From: an uncultured archaeon
GTDB taxonomy: Archaea > Iainarchaeota > Iainarchaeia > Iainarchaeales > VGJJ01
Length of the DNA: 64,000 nucleotides
Reading direction: 5' to 3'
Assembly: GCA_964427715.1 (NCBI GenBank)
Contig: CAYRUV010000001.1
Location: 34,552 to 98,551 of the forward strand
The first letter of the stretch is position 1. Every line of letters begins with the position of its first letter. A model generated the notes under the pieces. It saw nothing but the letters and a program-made list of their open reading frames with translations, did not search any database and had not been told where the DNA came from. The translations under genes and the position numbers were made by a program. This document shows, piece after piece, positions 37,317 through 46,801 of this stretch.

Positions 37317-38066
37317 TTATCCGAGGGAATAGCTCACGCGGATAATGCCTTTCTTGGATGTTATTTTGGTGACGTGGACAAGTCCTATTTCTTTGGTGTT
37401 CTCCACATGGGTCCCTCCGCAGGGGCATCCTTTGCTTCCGGAGAGAGTTATCACTCTCACGGGTTTTCCATCGGGTAGATAATCGGGGGTGAATCCACAC
37501 AGCTCATGGACATTTTCTTTCTCCACGATTTGTTTCTTCACGGGTGTGTGTTGGTGGAGAAGGTGATTGGTTTTTTGCTCGAGCATTTTTCGAAAAGGTT
37601 CGATTTCCTCAGGAGTTATTTCTGCTTCGTATTCCACGTAGGGTCCTTCCGGAAAGTGGTATCCTTTTCCGGCGACCCAATTTTTCCTGAAAGATTCGAC
37701 TGCAACATCTATTAGGTGTCCAGCCGAGTGGAGTCGGGCATTCAGTCTTCGTCGTGTTTCGTCTATTTTTAGGAGGACGTTTTCTCCAATAGAGAAAGCG
37801 CCGTGTTCAATCGTTCCAATGTGATGAACGATTCCCTCTTTCATTCTTACTTCACTCACGCGGAACCTTCCTTGTGAGTGGTGGATAGTTCCCACGTCAT
37901 AGGGTTGCCCTCCTCCTTGAGGGTAGAATATGGTTTGATCTAAGATGAGGGTTGTTTTTCCTTCCAGGGTGGAAAGAATATCAACAATTTTTCCGGTGGA
38001 TTCGAATTGGTAGGTGTTTTCGAAGTAATCTAACTTGGTTGCAATGGTCATTCTACCCATGGCCAT
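37317..38066 (-). CDS. alaX: alanyl-tRNA editing protein AlaX (AlaRS editing-domain homologue)
   Basis: FYPQGGGQPYD, the HSAGHL zinc motif and CGGTHV. About 250 aa; the start is taken at MAMGRM. Confidence 0.8.
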   Translation of the reverse strand: MAMGRMTIATKLDYFENTYQFESTGKIVDILSTLEGKTTLILDQTIFYPQGGGQPYDVGTIHHSQGRFRVSEVRMKEGIVHHIGTIEHGAFSIGENVLLKIDETRRRLNARLHSAGHLIDVAVESFRKNWVAGKGYHFPEGPYVEYEAEITPEEIEPFRKMLEQKTNHLLHQHTPVKKQIVEKENVHELCGFTPDYLPDGKPVRVITLSGSKGCPCGGTHVENTKEIGLVHVTKITSKKGIIRVSYSLG

Positions 38067-38079
38067 GAGGGGATGCTCA

Positions 38080-38376
38080 TTAAAGCATATCACGGAGTCT
38101 CTGATTGATCATTCCAAGTCGTGCACTGGCAGTATTCAATTGCATGACTGCATTTTCTCGGAGAGTTTGATTGGTCGTCTTTCCTTGGTGTCGGGCAATG
38201 TCCAATGCTCGGAGCGTTTCTTGGGCTGTTTTAATTTCTTTTTTGAGCTTTTGTACTTCCCTTTCGTATCCGGCTCTCAATCGTTGGATGTTTTCGCGCA
38301 GTTGTTTGTTTTTTCGCGCCTGCTCAATGTTTCTGTTTTTGAAATGTCGTCGTTCTCCAGGTCTACCTTTAGGCAT
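38080..38376 (-). CDS. small basic coiled-coil protein (hypothetical)
   Basis: 98 aa, R/K/Q-rich and heptad-like. It is the only plausible ORF between alaX and tRNA-Val. Confidence 0.35.
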   Translation of the reverse strand: MPKGRPGERRHFKNRNIEQARKNKQLRENIQRLRAGYEREVQKLKKEIKTAQETLRALDIARHQGKTTNQTLRENAVMQLNTASARLGMINQRLRDML

Positions 38377-38428
38377 ACGGGGTAATTTTTTTGGATGTAT
38401 AAAAAGAGTAAGGATTGGAAAAAGGAGA

Positions 38429-38500
38429 GTAGCCCCGGGCAGAGTCGAACTGCCCCCTCCACCATGTCAAGGTGGCATCCTAGCCGATAGACAACGGGGC
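38429..38500 (-). tRNA. tRNA-Val (GAC)
   Basis: Acceptor GGCCCCG/CGGGGCU (G1:U72), anticodon stem CCACC/GGTGG with loop TTGACAT, T-arm GGCAG-TTCGACT-CTGCC and a GG-containing D-loop. Confidence 0.75.
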
Positions 38501-38544
38501 CGTGCTACTCCATGAAAGGGCTGGGGAAAGCATTTAAGGGAAAT

Positions 38545-39210
38545 CTATGGGTGGCCCCCCCGTGAGAGGAGGTGTTGCTGGATGGCTCGCTTGACTGCAG
38601 GGGTTGCGTTTTGGATGGCCATTCGCACATACCTGGGTTGGCGTCTCGGGTCCGGTTCGACGAAATGAATGTATTCCATCAGTTTCTCGACCCTGTATCG
38701 AATGTCCTCTCGGAGGGGCCGTTCGAATAGACTGTGGATGTCGATCGGAATGGCTCCCTTTCGTTGATCGTGAAACGGTTCGATGATGTCTTCGACAGGA
38801 GAAAATCCTGCATTCGTAATCCGCGTGGCTTGTATGATGGCGTCGCGTTTGGCATGGGGGTGTTTGAAGAATATTCCTCCGAGTCGGCTTCCTTTTTCGG
38901 TAGATCCGTATAGTTGGGTGACCAGCACCCATTCTCCGGCAGGGGTTTTTATCATTCCCATTTTGGGGATGGACACTCTGGCCTCATAGAGTCGTTGGAT
39001 GATTTTTTGGTATCGGGCTGCCTGTACGTCGTTGAGCGGGGTGTGGAATTTTTTCACGGCGACTCGTTGTCTTTTTCTTCCTGCGAATCGTATTCGTCCG
39101 GCGAACACGTGCCCATCTTTGCCGGTTCCAATTGGGAAGTGGGGTTGGGTGGATAATGATTGAACGTCGGCTGCGGTTCGGAGGGGTCGGCGTGGGGTGC
39201 TCTTTTTCAT
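38545..39210 (-). CDS. hypothetical protein, possibly atypical small kinase-like
   Basis: 221 aa. GTGKDGHVFAGRI...VAVKKF resembles kinase subdomains I-II. This is a weak call. Confidence 0.4.
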   Translation of the reverse strand: MKKSTPRRPLRTAADVQSLSTQPHFPIGTGKDGHVFAGRIRFAGRKRQRVAVKKFHTPLNDVQAARYQKIIQRLYEARVSIPKMGMIKTPAGEWVLVTQLYGSTEKGSRLGGIFFKHPHAKRDAIIQATRITNAGFSPVEDIIEPFHDQRKGAIPIDIHSLFERPLREDIRYRVEKLMEYIHFVEPDPRRQPRYVRMAIQNATPAVKRAIQQHLLSRGGHP

Positions 39211-39244
39211 TTCAATGAGTAGGGGTCGTGCAATAAAATGGATT

Positions 39245-40261
39245 CTATGGCTGGAGCATCGGCAGCCCTTTCGTGGGGTTGTTTTTTCCCTTTCCTAATT
39301 GGTTAATCTGAAACGGATTGAGGGGGGTGTTTGTTTTCGTTGCGCGGATGCGTTCTTCGTATTGACACGCTTGACAGGTGGGTTGCGAGCTGAGGTCTCC
39401 ACATTTTTCGCAAAGCTGGAGGTTTCCTTCCTCTTCCAACGCGTTCAGGTGGGGTTTCATTTTGAGGAATGCGCGGATGATGGAGAATTTGGTTCCGGGT
39501 TTCTTCATTTCCATCTGATCCATCATTCCTCGGTAGATGTTTCGGTCTGCGCCGTGGGAAAAAGGACAGCATGCCTCGTTGTAGTGGGGGTATTGCTTGA
39601 GCTGGGCGAATAGTTCCACTTCTTCCTCGGGGGAGTTGTATAAGGGTTTCACGCGCGGAACCCATTCCTTTACTTTGCGTGTTTCCACTTTAGGTCCCAA
39701 TCGGATGAATTTTTCCATTCGGTCGTTGAAGAAGTTCATGCATATGCTCTGGGCTTCATCATCCAGGTTGTGTCCCGTGACCAATTTCGTGGCGCCCATT
39801 TCTCGTGCGGCCGCATTTAAGTATTTTCTCCGGAATACGCCGCAAAACGTGCATGAGTTTTCTTTCCATTTGTTTTCGTGTGTTTTTTGCACGATTTCCT
39901 GCATGCTGCTTCCAATTTCATCTTTGAGTTTGACAATTTTGTATTCGATGTCTAATTGCTTGTAGTTTTTCACGGCTTCTTCAATCGCGAGGTTGCGGTA
40001 TCCGTCAATCCCTTCATCGATGGAGATTCCCACGATTTTATTTCGGGGCATGATGTTGCGCACGAGGTTGAGTGCGACCACGGAGTCTTTTCCTCCCGAA
40101 ACTGCCACGGCGATGGTGTCTTTCACGTCAAACAATTGGTGCATTCTCGTGAGTCCTCTCACGCGGTGCTCGAAGAAGTATTCGAAGTGTTCCTGGCAGA
40201 GGGAATGGGGTCCGTAGGCCAATCGAATAATGGCTTCCTTTCCGCATCGATCGCAGTTCAT
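39245..40261 (-). CDS. PP-loop ATPase tRNA thiolation protein (TtuA/NcsA family)
   Basis: PP-loop SGGKDS, N-terminal CxxC...C.H and C-terminal CxxC..CxxC zinc fingers, plus the central CTFCGVFRR motif. Confidence 0.8.
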   Translation of the reverse strand: MNCDRCGKEAIIRLAYGPHSLCQEHFEYFFEHRVRGLTRMHQLFDVKDTIAVAVSGGKDSVVALNLVRNIMPRNKIVGISIDEGIDGYRNLAIEEAVKNYKQLDIEYKIVKLKDEIGSSMQEIVQKTHENKWKENSCTFCGVFRRKYLNAAAREMGATKLVTGHNLDDEAQSICMNFFNDRMEKFIRLGPKVETRKVKEWVPRVKPLYNSPEEEVELFAQLKQYPHYNEACCPFSHGADRNIYRGMMDQMEMKKPGTKFSIIRAFLKMKPHLNALEEEGNLQLCEKCGDLSSQPTCQACQYEERIRATKTNTPLNPFQINQLGKGKNNPTKGLPMLQP

Positions 40262-40356
40262 GTAGGATGGTTCCCTTCACGAGGCTTAAAAACAGTCTTG
40301 GACCGCCCCTGCGTGGGAGGGGTGGAATTAATATACTCCTTTCTCGCGTTGCCTGG

Positions 40357-41181
40357 ATGACATCAACCAAATCATCCAAAACAACAAAGAGTGAATCCAA
40401 AGGAAGTACGTCATTTTCCTCCATCCCCTCGGCTGGGTGGATTGCATTGGTGGTGGTCGGGGTGGGTCTCTTGTTCCTTCTCTCTTCCTCGACTCCTGCA
40501 CCCGTGGCGGAAGTCCCGGTGGTCCCGGTGGCTCCGACGGTTCCAACCACTCCCACGGTTCCATCCTCTCCTACTCTTCCGTCGAATTTGTACACGCTGA
40601 GCATCTCTCCTGAATCGCCTAAAGCTGGGGATGATGTGACGGTGACGGCGGTTGTGAAGTCGGGATATGAAGACATGTCGGGCGTGTTTCCGTTTGAGTT
40701 AGGAGCGCGTCAGTTTGGGAATTGGCAGACGCAGTCATGTGAGGATTCTCCCTGCACGCTAACTCTTTCCAGCGTCTCGACGGGAAACCTCGAGTATCGT
40801 GCGATTCGATTCGTGGATGAGGGCGGTTCTTTCCAGCAGGTTTTGGATGGTCAATACTCTACTACCGTTCAGTCAACGGGTCAGACGGGGGACACGTTGG
40901 GTCCTAAGGTCGTGGTGTTCTTCGAGCCCGCCAAGCCTAAGGATGGGGTTGCTGTAGAAGTGACGGCGTCCGTGGAGGACATTTCTTCCGTGACGAAGGT
41001 CGAGATTTACGTGGATGATGTGTTGCGTAAAACCTGTCCCCAGAAGGTCAAAATTGCCCTCTGTAAGGTCACGGTCTCCGATTTAGATGTGGGCCCCCAT
41101 GCGTTCTATGCAAAAGCCTGGGATGCCTTTGACAATCTCACGACGTCCGATATGGATACGTTCGTGGTGGAGTCCTCCTAA
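40357..41181 (+). CDS. N-terminally anchored surface protein with Pro/Thr linker and beta-rich ectodomains
   Basis: The TM helix WIALVVVGVGLLFLL is followed by a PVVPVAPTVPTTPTVPSSPTLP linker. The start is taken at MTSTKSS; the upstream extension of the ORF track overlaps the ttuA promoter region. Confidence 0.55.
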   Translation: MTSTKSSKTTKSESKGSTSFSSIPSAGWIALVVVGVGLLFLLSSSTPAPVAEVPVVPVAPTVPTTPTVPSSPTLPSNLYTLSISPESPKAGDDVTVTAVVKSGYEDMSGVFPFELGARQFGNWQTQSCEDSPCTLTLSSVSTGNLEYRAIRFVDEGGSFQQVLDGQYSTTVQSTGQTGDTLGPKVVVFFEPAKPKDGVAVEVTASVEDISSVTKVEIYVDDVLRKTCPQKVKIALCKVTVSDLDVGPHAFYAKAWDAFDNLTTSDMDTFVVESS

Positions 41182-41258
41182 GGGGTTTTTTCCCCTTCCG
41201 AGGTCATTTCGGACCGGGAAAAGGTCATTTTAAAAGCGTTTCCCGGGGCCTTTCACCT

Positions 41259-41876
41259 ATGACGTTCGCCAAACGGATCCAAGAGACGATCCAAAAGGAA
41301 TGGGCCCGAGCTCCTTCAGTGGAGGGGGGCACGGATTATGGTTTGCAGTTCCGCAGCCGCATGATGGATTATCGTTCCGTCTCGGAAGCCGTGATTAAGG
41401 TCGAGAAGCCCTTCAACATTTCCCGCGCCCGCGCGTTAGGCTACAAGGCCAAGCCCGGTATCTCGGTGGCGCGTGTTCGTATCCGCCGAGGCGGAGGGTT
41501 GTTTTTGCGTGCGAAGCGTGCGCGAAAACCCAAGCGTATGGGAATTCACTCGATGACCCGCAAGAAAGGCGTTCAAGTCATGGCGGAGGAGCGCGCGCAG
41601 CGAAAGTTCCCCAACATGGAAGTCATGAACTCCTACAAGGTTGGAGTGGACGGAAAGAATCACTATTACGAAGTCATCTTGGTGGATCCTCGCAGTCCTT
41701 CCATTTTAGCGGATAAGGACCTGAAGTGGATCGCCGAGCCCCAGCACGGTGGTAGAGTGTTCCGAGGAAAGACCTCGGCCGGACGAAAGTCCCGCGGATT
41801 GGCCAACCCGGCGGGTGCGCGAGGAACGGAGAAGATTCGTCCTTCTTTGCGTGCGAACAAGCGACAGGGACACTAA
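41259..41876 (+). CDS. rpl15e: 50S ribosomal protein L15e
   Basis: 205 aa, basic, with the conserved L15e segments (GYKAKPGISVARVRIRRGG, YYEVILVDP). Confidence 0.9.
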   Translation: MTFAKRIQETIQKEWARAPSVEGGTDYGLQFRSRMMDYRSVSEAVIKVEKPFNISRARALGYKAKPGISVARVRIRRGGGLFLRAKRARKPKRMGIHSMTRKKGVQVMAEERAQRKFPNMEVMNSYKVGVDGKNHYYEVILVDPRSPSILADKDLKWIAEPQHGGRVFRGKTSAGRKSRGLANPAGARGTEKIRPSLRANKRQGH

Positions 41877-41954
41877 GGGTTTCTTTTCCTTGGTGTTTGC
41901 TCTCTTTTTTCCGAGACCATCATTCAATTAAACGCAAGAGTGGGGTGATAGTCC

Positions 41955-42488
41955 ATGGACTTCATTCATCCTTCCGCAGTGTCCGGACGAGAGTCTCCCT
42001 CGTTTGTTATTCATGAGTCCACGGCTCATTATTCTCAGACTTCATTTCCTCTCCACACGAAAGTCGTTTTTCTTCCCTCCTTGGATCGCACCGAGTTGCA
42101 GCGGTGTGCGTCGCAGAAGATTCCGTGTATGGTTTCCATTCATTCGCTTTCGAATGCATTCGAGTTGTTGAAGGTTTCCGGTCTGCGTTTTGTTCACGTG
42201 AACCTGAACGGCCCCCCCTTGGTTGATTATGCGTGGATGTCGGGGGCTAAGACCAACAATTTGGAAGTGGTTTTTTCCCTGGAGAATCTGCAGGAGGCGT
42301 TTCACCAAAAGAATGTGAATAGTTTGCAGGAATATCGTAAAGTGGCGCGGCTGCTTTCCAAGTCTCGCATTCCCTTACATGTGGGAAGTTTTTCTCGTGA
42401 TGCAGAGGGAATATTGTCGCGCGCGGAGCAGCGTTCGTGGAACACGTACCTTGGACATGTTTCAACTGAGAAGGAGGGGCGTACATGA
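41955..42488 (+). CDS. rnp3: RNase P protein component Rpp30 (Rnp3)
   Basis: It sits immediately upstream of pop5 and psmA in conserved synteny. A TIM-barrel-like alternating pattern and GGGGTGAT 8 nt upstream of the ATG are present. Confidence 0.55.
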   Translation: MDFIHPSAVSGRESPSFVIHESTAHYSQTSFPLHTKVVFLPSLDRTELQRCASQKIPCMVSIHSLSNAFELLKVSGLRFVHVNLNGPPLVDYAWMSGAKTNNLEVVFSLENLQEAFHQKNVNSLQEYRKVARLLSKSRIPLHVGSFSRDAEGILSRAEQRSWNTYLGHVSTEKEGRT

Positions 42489-42847
42489 AGAACCAAAAAA
42501 AATACGTCTCCACACTTCCTCTTTCGTTGCGCGGGAAGAAACGCTACGTGTTGGTTTCCATTCATCCCTTTGCAGGGTTGGAAAAATCACAGGTCGAAAA
42601 GTCGTTCTTTCATCATCTCTTGTATGCATTCGGGGTGTTGGGTCTTCCCTTGTTGCGATACAAGTTCGTAGGCTTCAATCCCTCGAATGGGTTGGTCTTG
42701 TTGAGGGTCTCCCACACGAAAACGAGCAAGGTGGTGGCCTCCTTGACATTGCTTACGACGATCCACACCACTCCCGTCATGGTTCGTTCGCGTAGGGTTT
42801 CGGGTTCCCTAAAGTCCCTGCGTCCGGTGTTCCAACAGAAAGCCTAA
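42485..42847 (+). CDS. rnp2: RNase P protein component Pop5 (Rnp2)
   Basis: The N-terminus TLPLSLRGKKRYVLVSI matches the Pop5 LPP(S/T)LR-KKRY signature. 120 aa, with 4-nt overlap coupling to rnp3. Confidence 0.7.
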   Translation: MKNQKKYVSTLPLSLRGKKRYVLVSIHPFAGLEKSQVEKSFFHHLLYAFGVLGLPLLRYKFVGFNPSNGLVLLRVSHTKTSKVVASLTLLTTIHTTPVMVRSRRVSGSLKSLRPVFQQKA

Positions 42848-42942
42848 TGGTTGGGTCCCAGACGCTTCTTTATAAAGTATTCATGCTTCTTAGTGTTGCG
42901 GATTTGCAACGAATAGCGCGGTTTTCCGTTTAGTTTGGGAGT

Positions 42943-43701
42943 GTGATACTAATGTATCCCGGTTCTTCGGCCAAAAGTGCAGCATACGATCGATCAGCCA
43001 CGATGTTCAGCCCGGATGGGCGATTATATCAAGTAGAGTACGCTTCTAAAATCGTCCAACAGGGGACGACGGGCGCAGCTTGTATTTACAAGAATGGAGT
43101 TGTTTTCGGAGCCGATAAGAACATCACGTCCAAGTTGATGCTTCCGGATTCCGTGGAGAAATTATTCAAAGTCGACGATCACATCGGAGCGGTCTCCGCC
43201 GGTTTGGTTGGAGACGCTCGCCGGCTCATCCAGGGTGCGCGTGCCAAGGCCCAGGAAAATATCATGTATTACGATGAGCCCATTCACGTGGAAACGCTTG
43301 CAAAGGATATTTCGGGAAACATGCAAGTCGTCACCCAATACGGTGGGATGCGTCCGTTTGGTGTTTCATTTATTTTAGGTGGCGTGGACGAAACGGGTCC
43401 TCGCTTGTTCGAAACCGAACCTTCCGGCGCTTTAGCGGAGTATGTCGCGGTGGCCGTGGGACAAGGTCGTAAGGAAGCGATGGAATTTTTTGAGAAGAAT
43501 TTCCAGTCCAACTTCACGCGTGAACAAGCGGTAAAATTAGTATTTGCAGCCCTGGAGCAGGGTCTTCCTAAGAACCAGCGCTTGAGCCTGGATCGGGTGG
43601 ACTTCGGCTACGTGGACAAGGAAAAGCCCTTTGCTCGGATGGACAAGAACGAACTGAAGGCCGTGGTGGTCGGAAAGGGTTCTTCGAGCGAATCAAAGTA
43701 G
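42943..43701 (+). CDS. psmA: proteasome alpha subunit
   Basis: YDRSATMFSPDGRLYQVEYA alpha-ring N-terminal signature. 252 aa. Confidence 0.9.
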   Translation: MILMYPGSSAKSAAYDRSATMFSPDGRLYQVEYASKIVQQGTTGAACIYKNGVVFGADKNITSKLMLPDSVEKLFKVDDHIGAVSAGLVGDARRLIQGARAKAQENIMYYDEPIHVETLAKDISGNMQVVTQYGGMRPFGVSFILGGVDETGPRLFETEPSGALAEYVAVAVGQGRKEAMEFFEKNFQSNFTREQAVKLVFAALEQGLPKNQRLSLDRVDFGYVDKEKPFARMDKNELKAVVVGKGSSSESK

Positions 43702-43782
43702 TAGAGTCAACACACCACGCGCGGAGTAAAGTATTTTTCCGCGGATTGCGCATGATGGAAAATTCCCTGCGCCTAATATGGG

Positions 43783-44499
43783 TTGGAATACAATATGGTG
43801 AAATTGGAAGAGGCAGTTATTGCCCGCTACACGAAGGAAGGAAAGTCGTTTGAATTACTCGTCGATCCGGATTTAGCGTTGAAGATGAAGCGCGGTCAGT
43901 CCGTGAGTATTAACGACTTAGTGGCCACGGATACGATTTATTCGGACGCGAAAAAGGGAGATGAGGCCAAAGAAGGAGATGTGAAGAAGACCTTCGGCAC
44001 ATTGGACATCCAGGAGATTGCCCCCAAAATAGTAAAAGAGGGAGAAGTCCAGTTGACTACGGAGCAGCGCCGACAATTAAGGGAAGAAAAACGAAAGATG
44101 ATTGTTGATTTCATTGCGCGGAATGCCATGAACCCTCAGACCGGGGCTCCCCACCCGCCTTTACGAATCGAGAACGCCCTAGCGGAGTTAAAGGTCCAGG
44201 TGGATGAGTTCAAGGACGTGAGTGCGCAGGTCAATGAGATCCTGCCCAAGTTACGCCGGTTATTGCCCATTTCCATGGAAAAGATCCAGGTGGCCATCCG
44301 GGTTCCCGTGAGTTTTGCCTCTCCGGCTTTAAACGTGTTGCATAAGTATGAGCTTAAGACGCAGGAATGGCAGAACGACGGTAGCCTGATCGCGGTCATC
44401 GAAGTGCCGGGCGGGATGAAGCAGGAATTGTTCGACAAGCTGAACCACCTCTCCCACGGCCAGATCACCACCAAACTGCTGGATAAGCCGGTCGCGTGA
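43783..44499 (+). CDS. sdo1: SBDS-family ribosome maturation protein (Sdo1)
   Basis: 238 aa with three-domain SBDS architecture and the conserved exosome-superoperon position. Confidence 0.8.
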   Translation: MEYNMVKLEEAVIARYTKEGKSFELLVDPDLALKMKRGQSVSINDLVATDTIYSDAKKGDEAKEGDVKKTFGTLDIQEIAPKIVKEGEVQLTTEQRRQLREEKRKMIVDFIARNAMNPQTGAPHPPLRIENALAELKVQVDEFKDVSAQVNEILPKLRRLLPISMEKIQVAIRVPVSFASPALNVLHKYELKTQEWQNDGSLIAVIEVPGGMKQELFDKLNHLSHGQITTKLLDKPVA

Positions 44500-44535
44500 A
44501 ACACGAAAGGAAAAACTGACACTTTACTCAAAGGA

Positions 44536-45750
44536 GTGAGAAAAAACATGACGAAAGAAATCGTGGTGCCTGGAGAACTGTTGAGCACCGAGAACAAGCA
44601 ATTGGGATCGCACACGTTTGCGGTCGGAGAGAAAATATTCGCGGACTGTTTAGGGATCCGCAATGAGTCGGACGACCGCGTGTCGGTTGTTCCGTTGCGC
44701 GGGAAATATGTTCCCGTGGAGAACGACGTCATCATTGGCGTGGTAAAGAATGAGAAGTTTGCGGGATACGATGTGGAGATTAACTCCTTCTATTCCTCGT
44801 TTGTGAATAAGCAGGACTTGCGCACCCCCTTGAAGGTGGGTTCGATTATTTCTGCGAAAGTGGTGAAAGTGAACGAGCTGAATGAAGCCGACATTGGGAT
44901 GGTTCGCCCCCTGAGTGATGGGGATATTGTGACCGTCACCGCGGTAAAAGTTCCTCGCGTCATCGGGAAGAACGCGTCCATGTTGAACGCCATCAAGAAT
45001 GGCTCCGGTTCCAACATCATGGTGGGACGAAACGGTTTGGTGTGGATCAGCGGCGGAAACTCTCGCCTGGCTATTGATGCCGTGCAGCGGATCGAGGATT
45101 ATTCGCATGTGGATAATTTGACGCATGACATTCAATCCTTCCTCGCCGCGAAGAGCGGTCAAGGAATGCCGGACACGCGCGGTCCGAGCAATGAAGAGGC
45201 CTTTGGAACGGATGATGGTTCCTTCGGTCGACGCGAACGCGGTGGATTCGGCGGTCGCGGAGGACGCGGTGGCTTTGGCGGTGGCCGTGGCGGATCCGGT
45301 GGGTTCGGCGGGCGCAGCGGAGGATTCGGCGGCGGGGATCGCGGTCGAGGAGAATTCCGTCCGCGTAGCAACATGGGAGGCAGTTCCATGGGTGGACGCG
45401 ACCGAGGATTCGGGGGAGGAAATAGAGATCGCGGCTTCGGTGGAGGAAACCGAGACCGGGGATTTGGCGGAGACCGAAACGGTGGAGATCGCCCGCAAGG
45501 GGGTTTTCGTCCTCGTTTCAGCGACCGTCGATTAGGAGGGGGGGATCGCGACATGGATCACTTCCGTCCCAATCGCAGCTTCGGGCAGCAGTATGATAAT
45601 CCTGCCTCGGAGGGGTTTGGCAATTCAGGCCCTCGAATGGGAAATAGGGATCGCAATGGTGGAGATCGCGGGAATGATCGCGGCTTCGATCGACGTAAAC
45701 GTTTTCCGCGCGATCACGTGCGCGGGGATGAGGATCCTTCGTTCGAGTAA
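44536..45750 (+). CDS. rrp4: exosome RNA-binding subunit Rrp4 (S1+KH) with 175-aa C-terminal RGG/GAR-rich tail
   Basis: N-terminal domain with S1 and KH (GxxG: GKNASMLNAI). The tail contains repeated RGGFGG / GGNRDRGFGG units. Confidence 0.85.
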   Translation: MRKNMTKEIVVPGELLSTENKQLGSHTFAVGEKIFADCLGIRNESDDRVSVVPLRGKYVPVENDVIIGVVKNEKFAGYDVEINSFYSSFVNKQDLRTPLKVGSIISAKVVKVNELNEADIGMVRPLSDGDIVTVTAVKVPRVIGKNASMLNAIKNGSGSNIMVGRNGLVWISGGNSRLAIDAVQRIEDYSHVDNLTHDIQSFLAAKSGQGMPDTRGPSNEEAFGTDDGSFGRRERGGFGGRGGRGGFGGGRGGSGGFGGRSGGFGGGDRGRGEFRPRSNMGGSSMGGRDRGFGGGNRDRGFGGGNRDRGFGGDRNGGDRPQGGFRPRFSDRRLGGGDRDMDHFRPNRSFGQQYDNPASEGFGNSGPRMGNRDRNGGDRGNDRGFDRRKRFPRDHVRGDEDPSFE

Positions 45751-45805
45751 TTAGAGGAATTTGACGATCAACAAAAAAAACAAAAATGAAAAGGTGAATG
45801 ACACT

Positions 45806-46789
45806 ATGGCAAAAGAAAAAGAAACCAAAATGGACGCGAAGTCCAAGAAGTCCGGGAAGGACGAGAAACTATTCTGGGTTGACTCCAAAGGAAAGCGAGT
45901 CGACGGACGCGGGATTAATGATTTGCGCGCCATTAAGATTCAGGCCGGAGTATTGCCCAACGCAGACGGTTCCTGCTACTTAGAGTGGGGTCAGAACAAA
46001 GTTTTGGTGGCCGTGAATGGTCCCCGCGAAGTTCTGCCTAAGCACCAGGCGAATCCGTATCGCGCGATTGTACGTTACACGTATCGTATGGCCGCATTCT
46101 CCGTAACCGAGCGAAAGAATCCTCGCCCCGGTCGAAGAGAAACCGAAATTTCGAAAGTTTCGGGTGAGGCCTTGGAGCGCGCCATTTTCTTGGAGCGTTT
46201 TCCCAATACAGCCATCGATATCTTCGTGGAAGTCTTAGATTCCAACGCGGGAACGCGTATCGCCTGCCTAACCGCGGCGGCGGTGGCCGTGGCGGATGCG
46301 GGTATTCCCATGCGCGACCTAGTAACCGGTATCACGGTCGGTCGTGCGGATTCGCACCAGATTGTGGACTTGAATAAGCACGAGGAGGATGCAGAGGATG
46401 CCGTCGACATGGCGGTGGCCTTCCTTCCTAATTCCAAGGAAGTGGTCTTGCTCCAGATGGATGGGGAGATCACCCCCGAGGAGTATTCGAGTCTCATGAA
46501 GGTCGCCATGGATAACGTGGAGAAGGTCTACGAGCTCCAGAAGAAGGCCTTGAAGGATTCCGTGGAGAACAAGAAACCAGAAGTCGTGGAGGGGATGGAA
46601 CAATATCTCAGCGCGGCTCCTATGGACCATCACTCGGATGATCATCACGACCACGATCATGCTCACAAGGGAGAAAAGGTCTCCATGAAGGCCAAGGATC
46701 CGTTCTCGTTTGGAGAGACGGACTACACGGAAGTCGAAGAAGAGAACACCGATGCCGAACACGAAGCGTTCGACGCGGGAAAGGAGTAG
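45806..46789 (+). CDS. rrp41: exosome RNase PH subunit Rrp41 with acidic His-rich C-terminal tail
   Basis: RNase PH core (GKRVDGRG, GSCYLEWGQNKV) followed by a tail containing MDHHSDDHHDHDHAH. The start is taken at MAKEKE. Confidence 0.85.
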   Translation: MAKEKETKMDAKSKKSGKDEKLFWVDSKGKRVDGRGINDLRAIKIQAGVLPNADGSCYLEWGQNKVLVAVNGPREVLPKHQANPYRAIVRYTYRMAAFSVTERKNPRPGRRETEISKVSGEALERAIFLERFPNTAIDIFVEVLDSNAGTRIACLTAAAVAVADAGIPMRDLVTGITVGRADSHQIVDLNKHEEDAEDAVDMAVAFLPNSKEVVLLQMDGEITPEEYSSLMKVAMDNVEKVYELQKKALKDSVENKKPEVVEGMEQYLSAAPMDHHSDDHHDHDHAHKGEKVSMKAKDPFSFGETDYTEVEEENTDAEHEAFDAGKE

Positions 46790-46801
46790 GGGGTACCAAA
46801 A

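Noticed and set aside
44650-45554. ORFs 44650..45498 (-) and 45159..45554 (-) (Pro/Arg/Ser-rich)
   Set aside because: They are antisense to the Rrp4 gene and its GAR repeats. The repeat DNA generates long open frames on the opposite strand.
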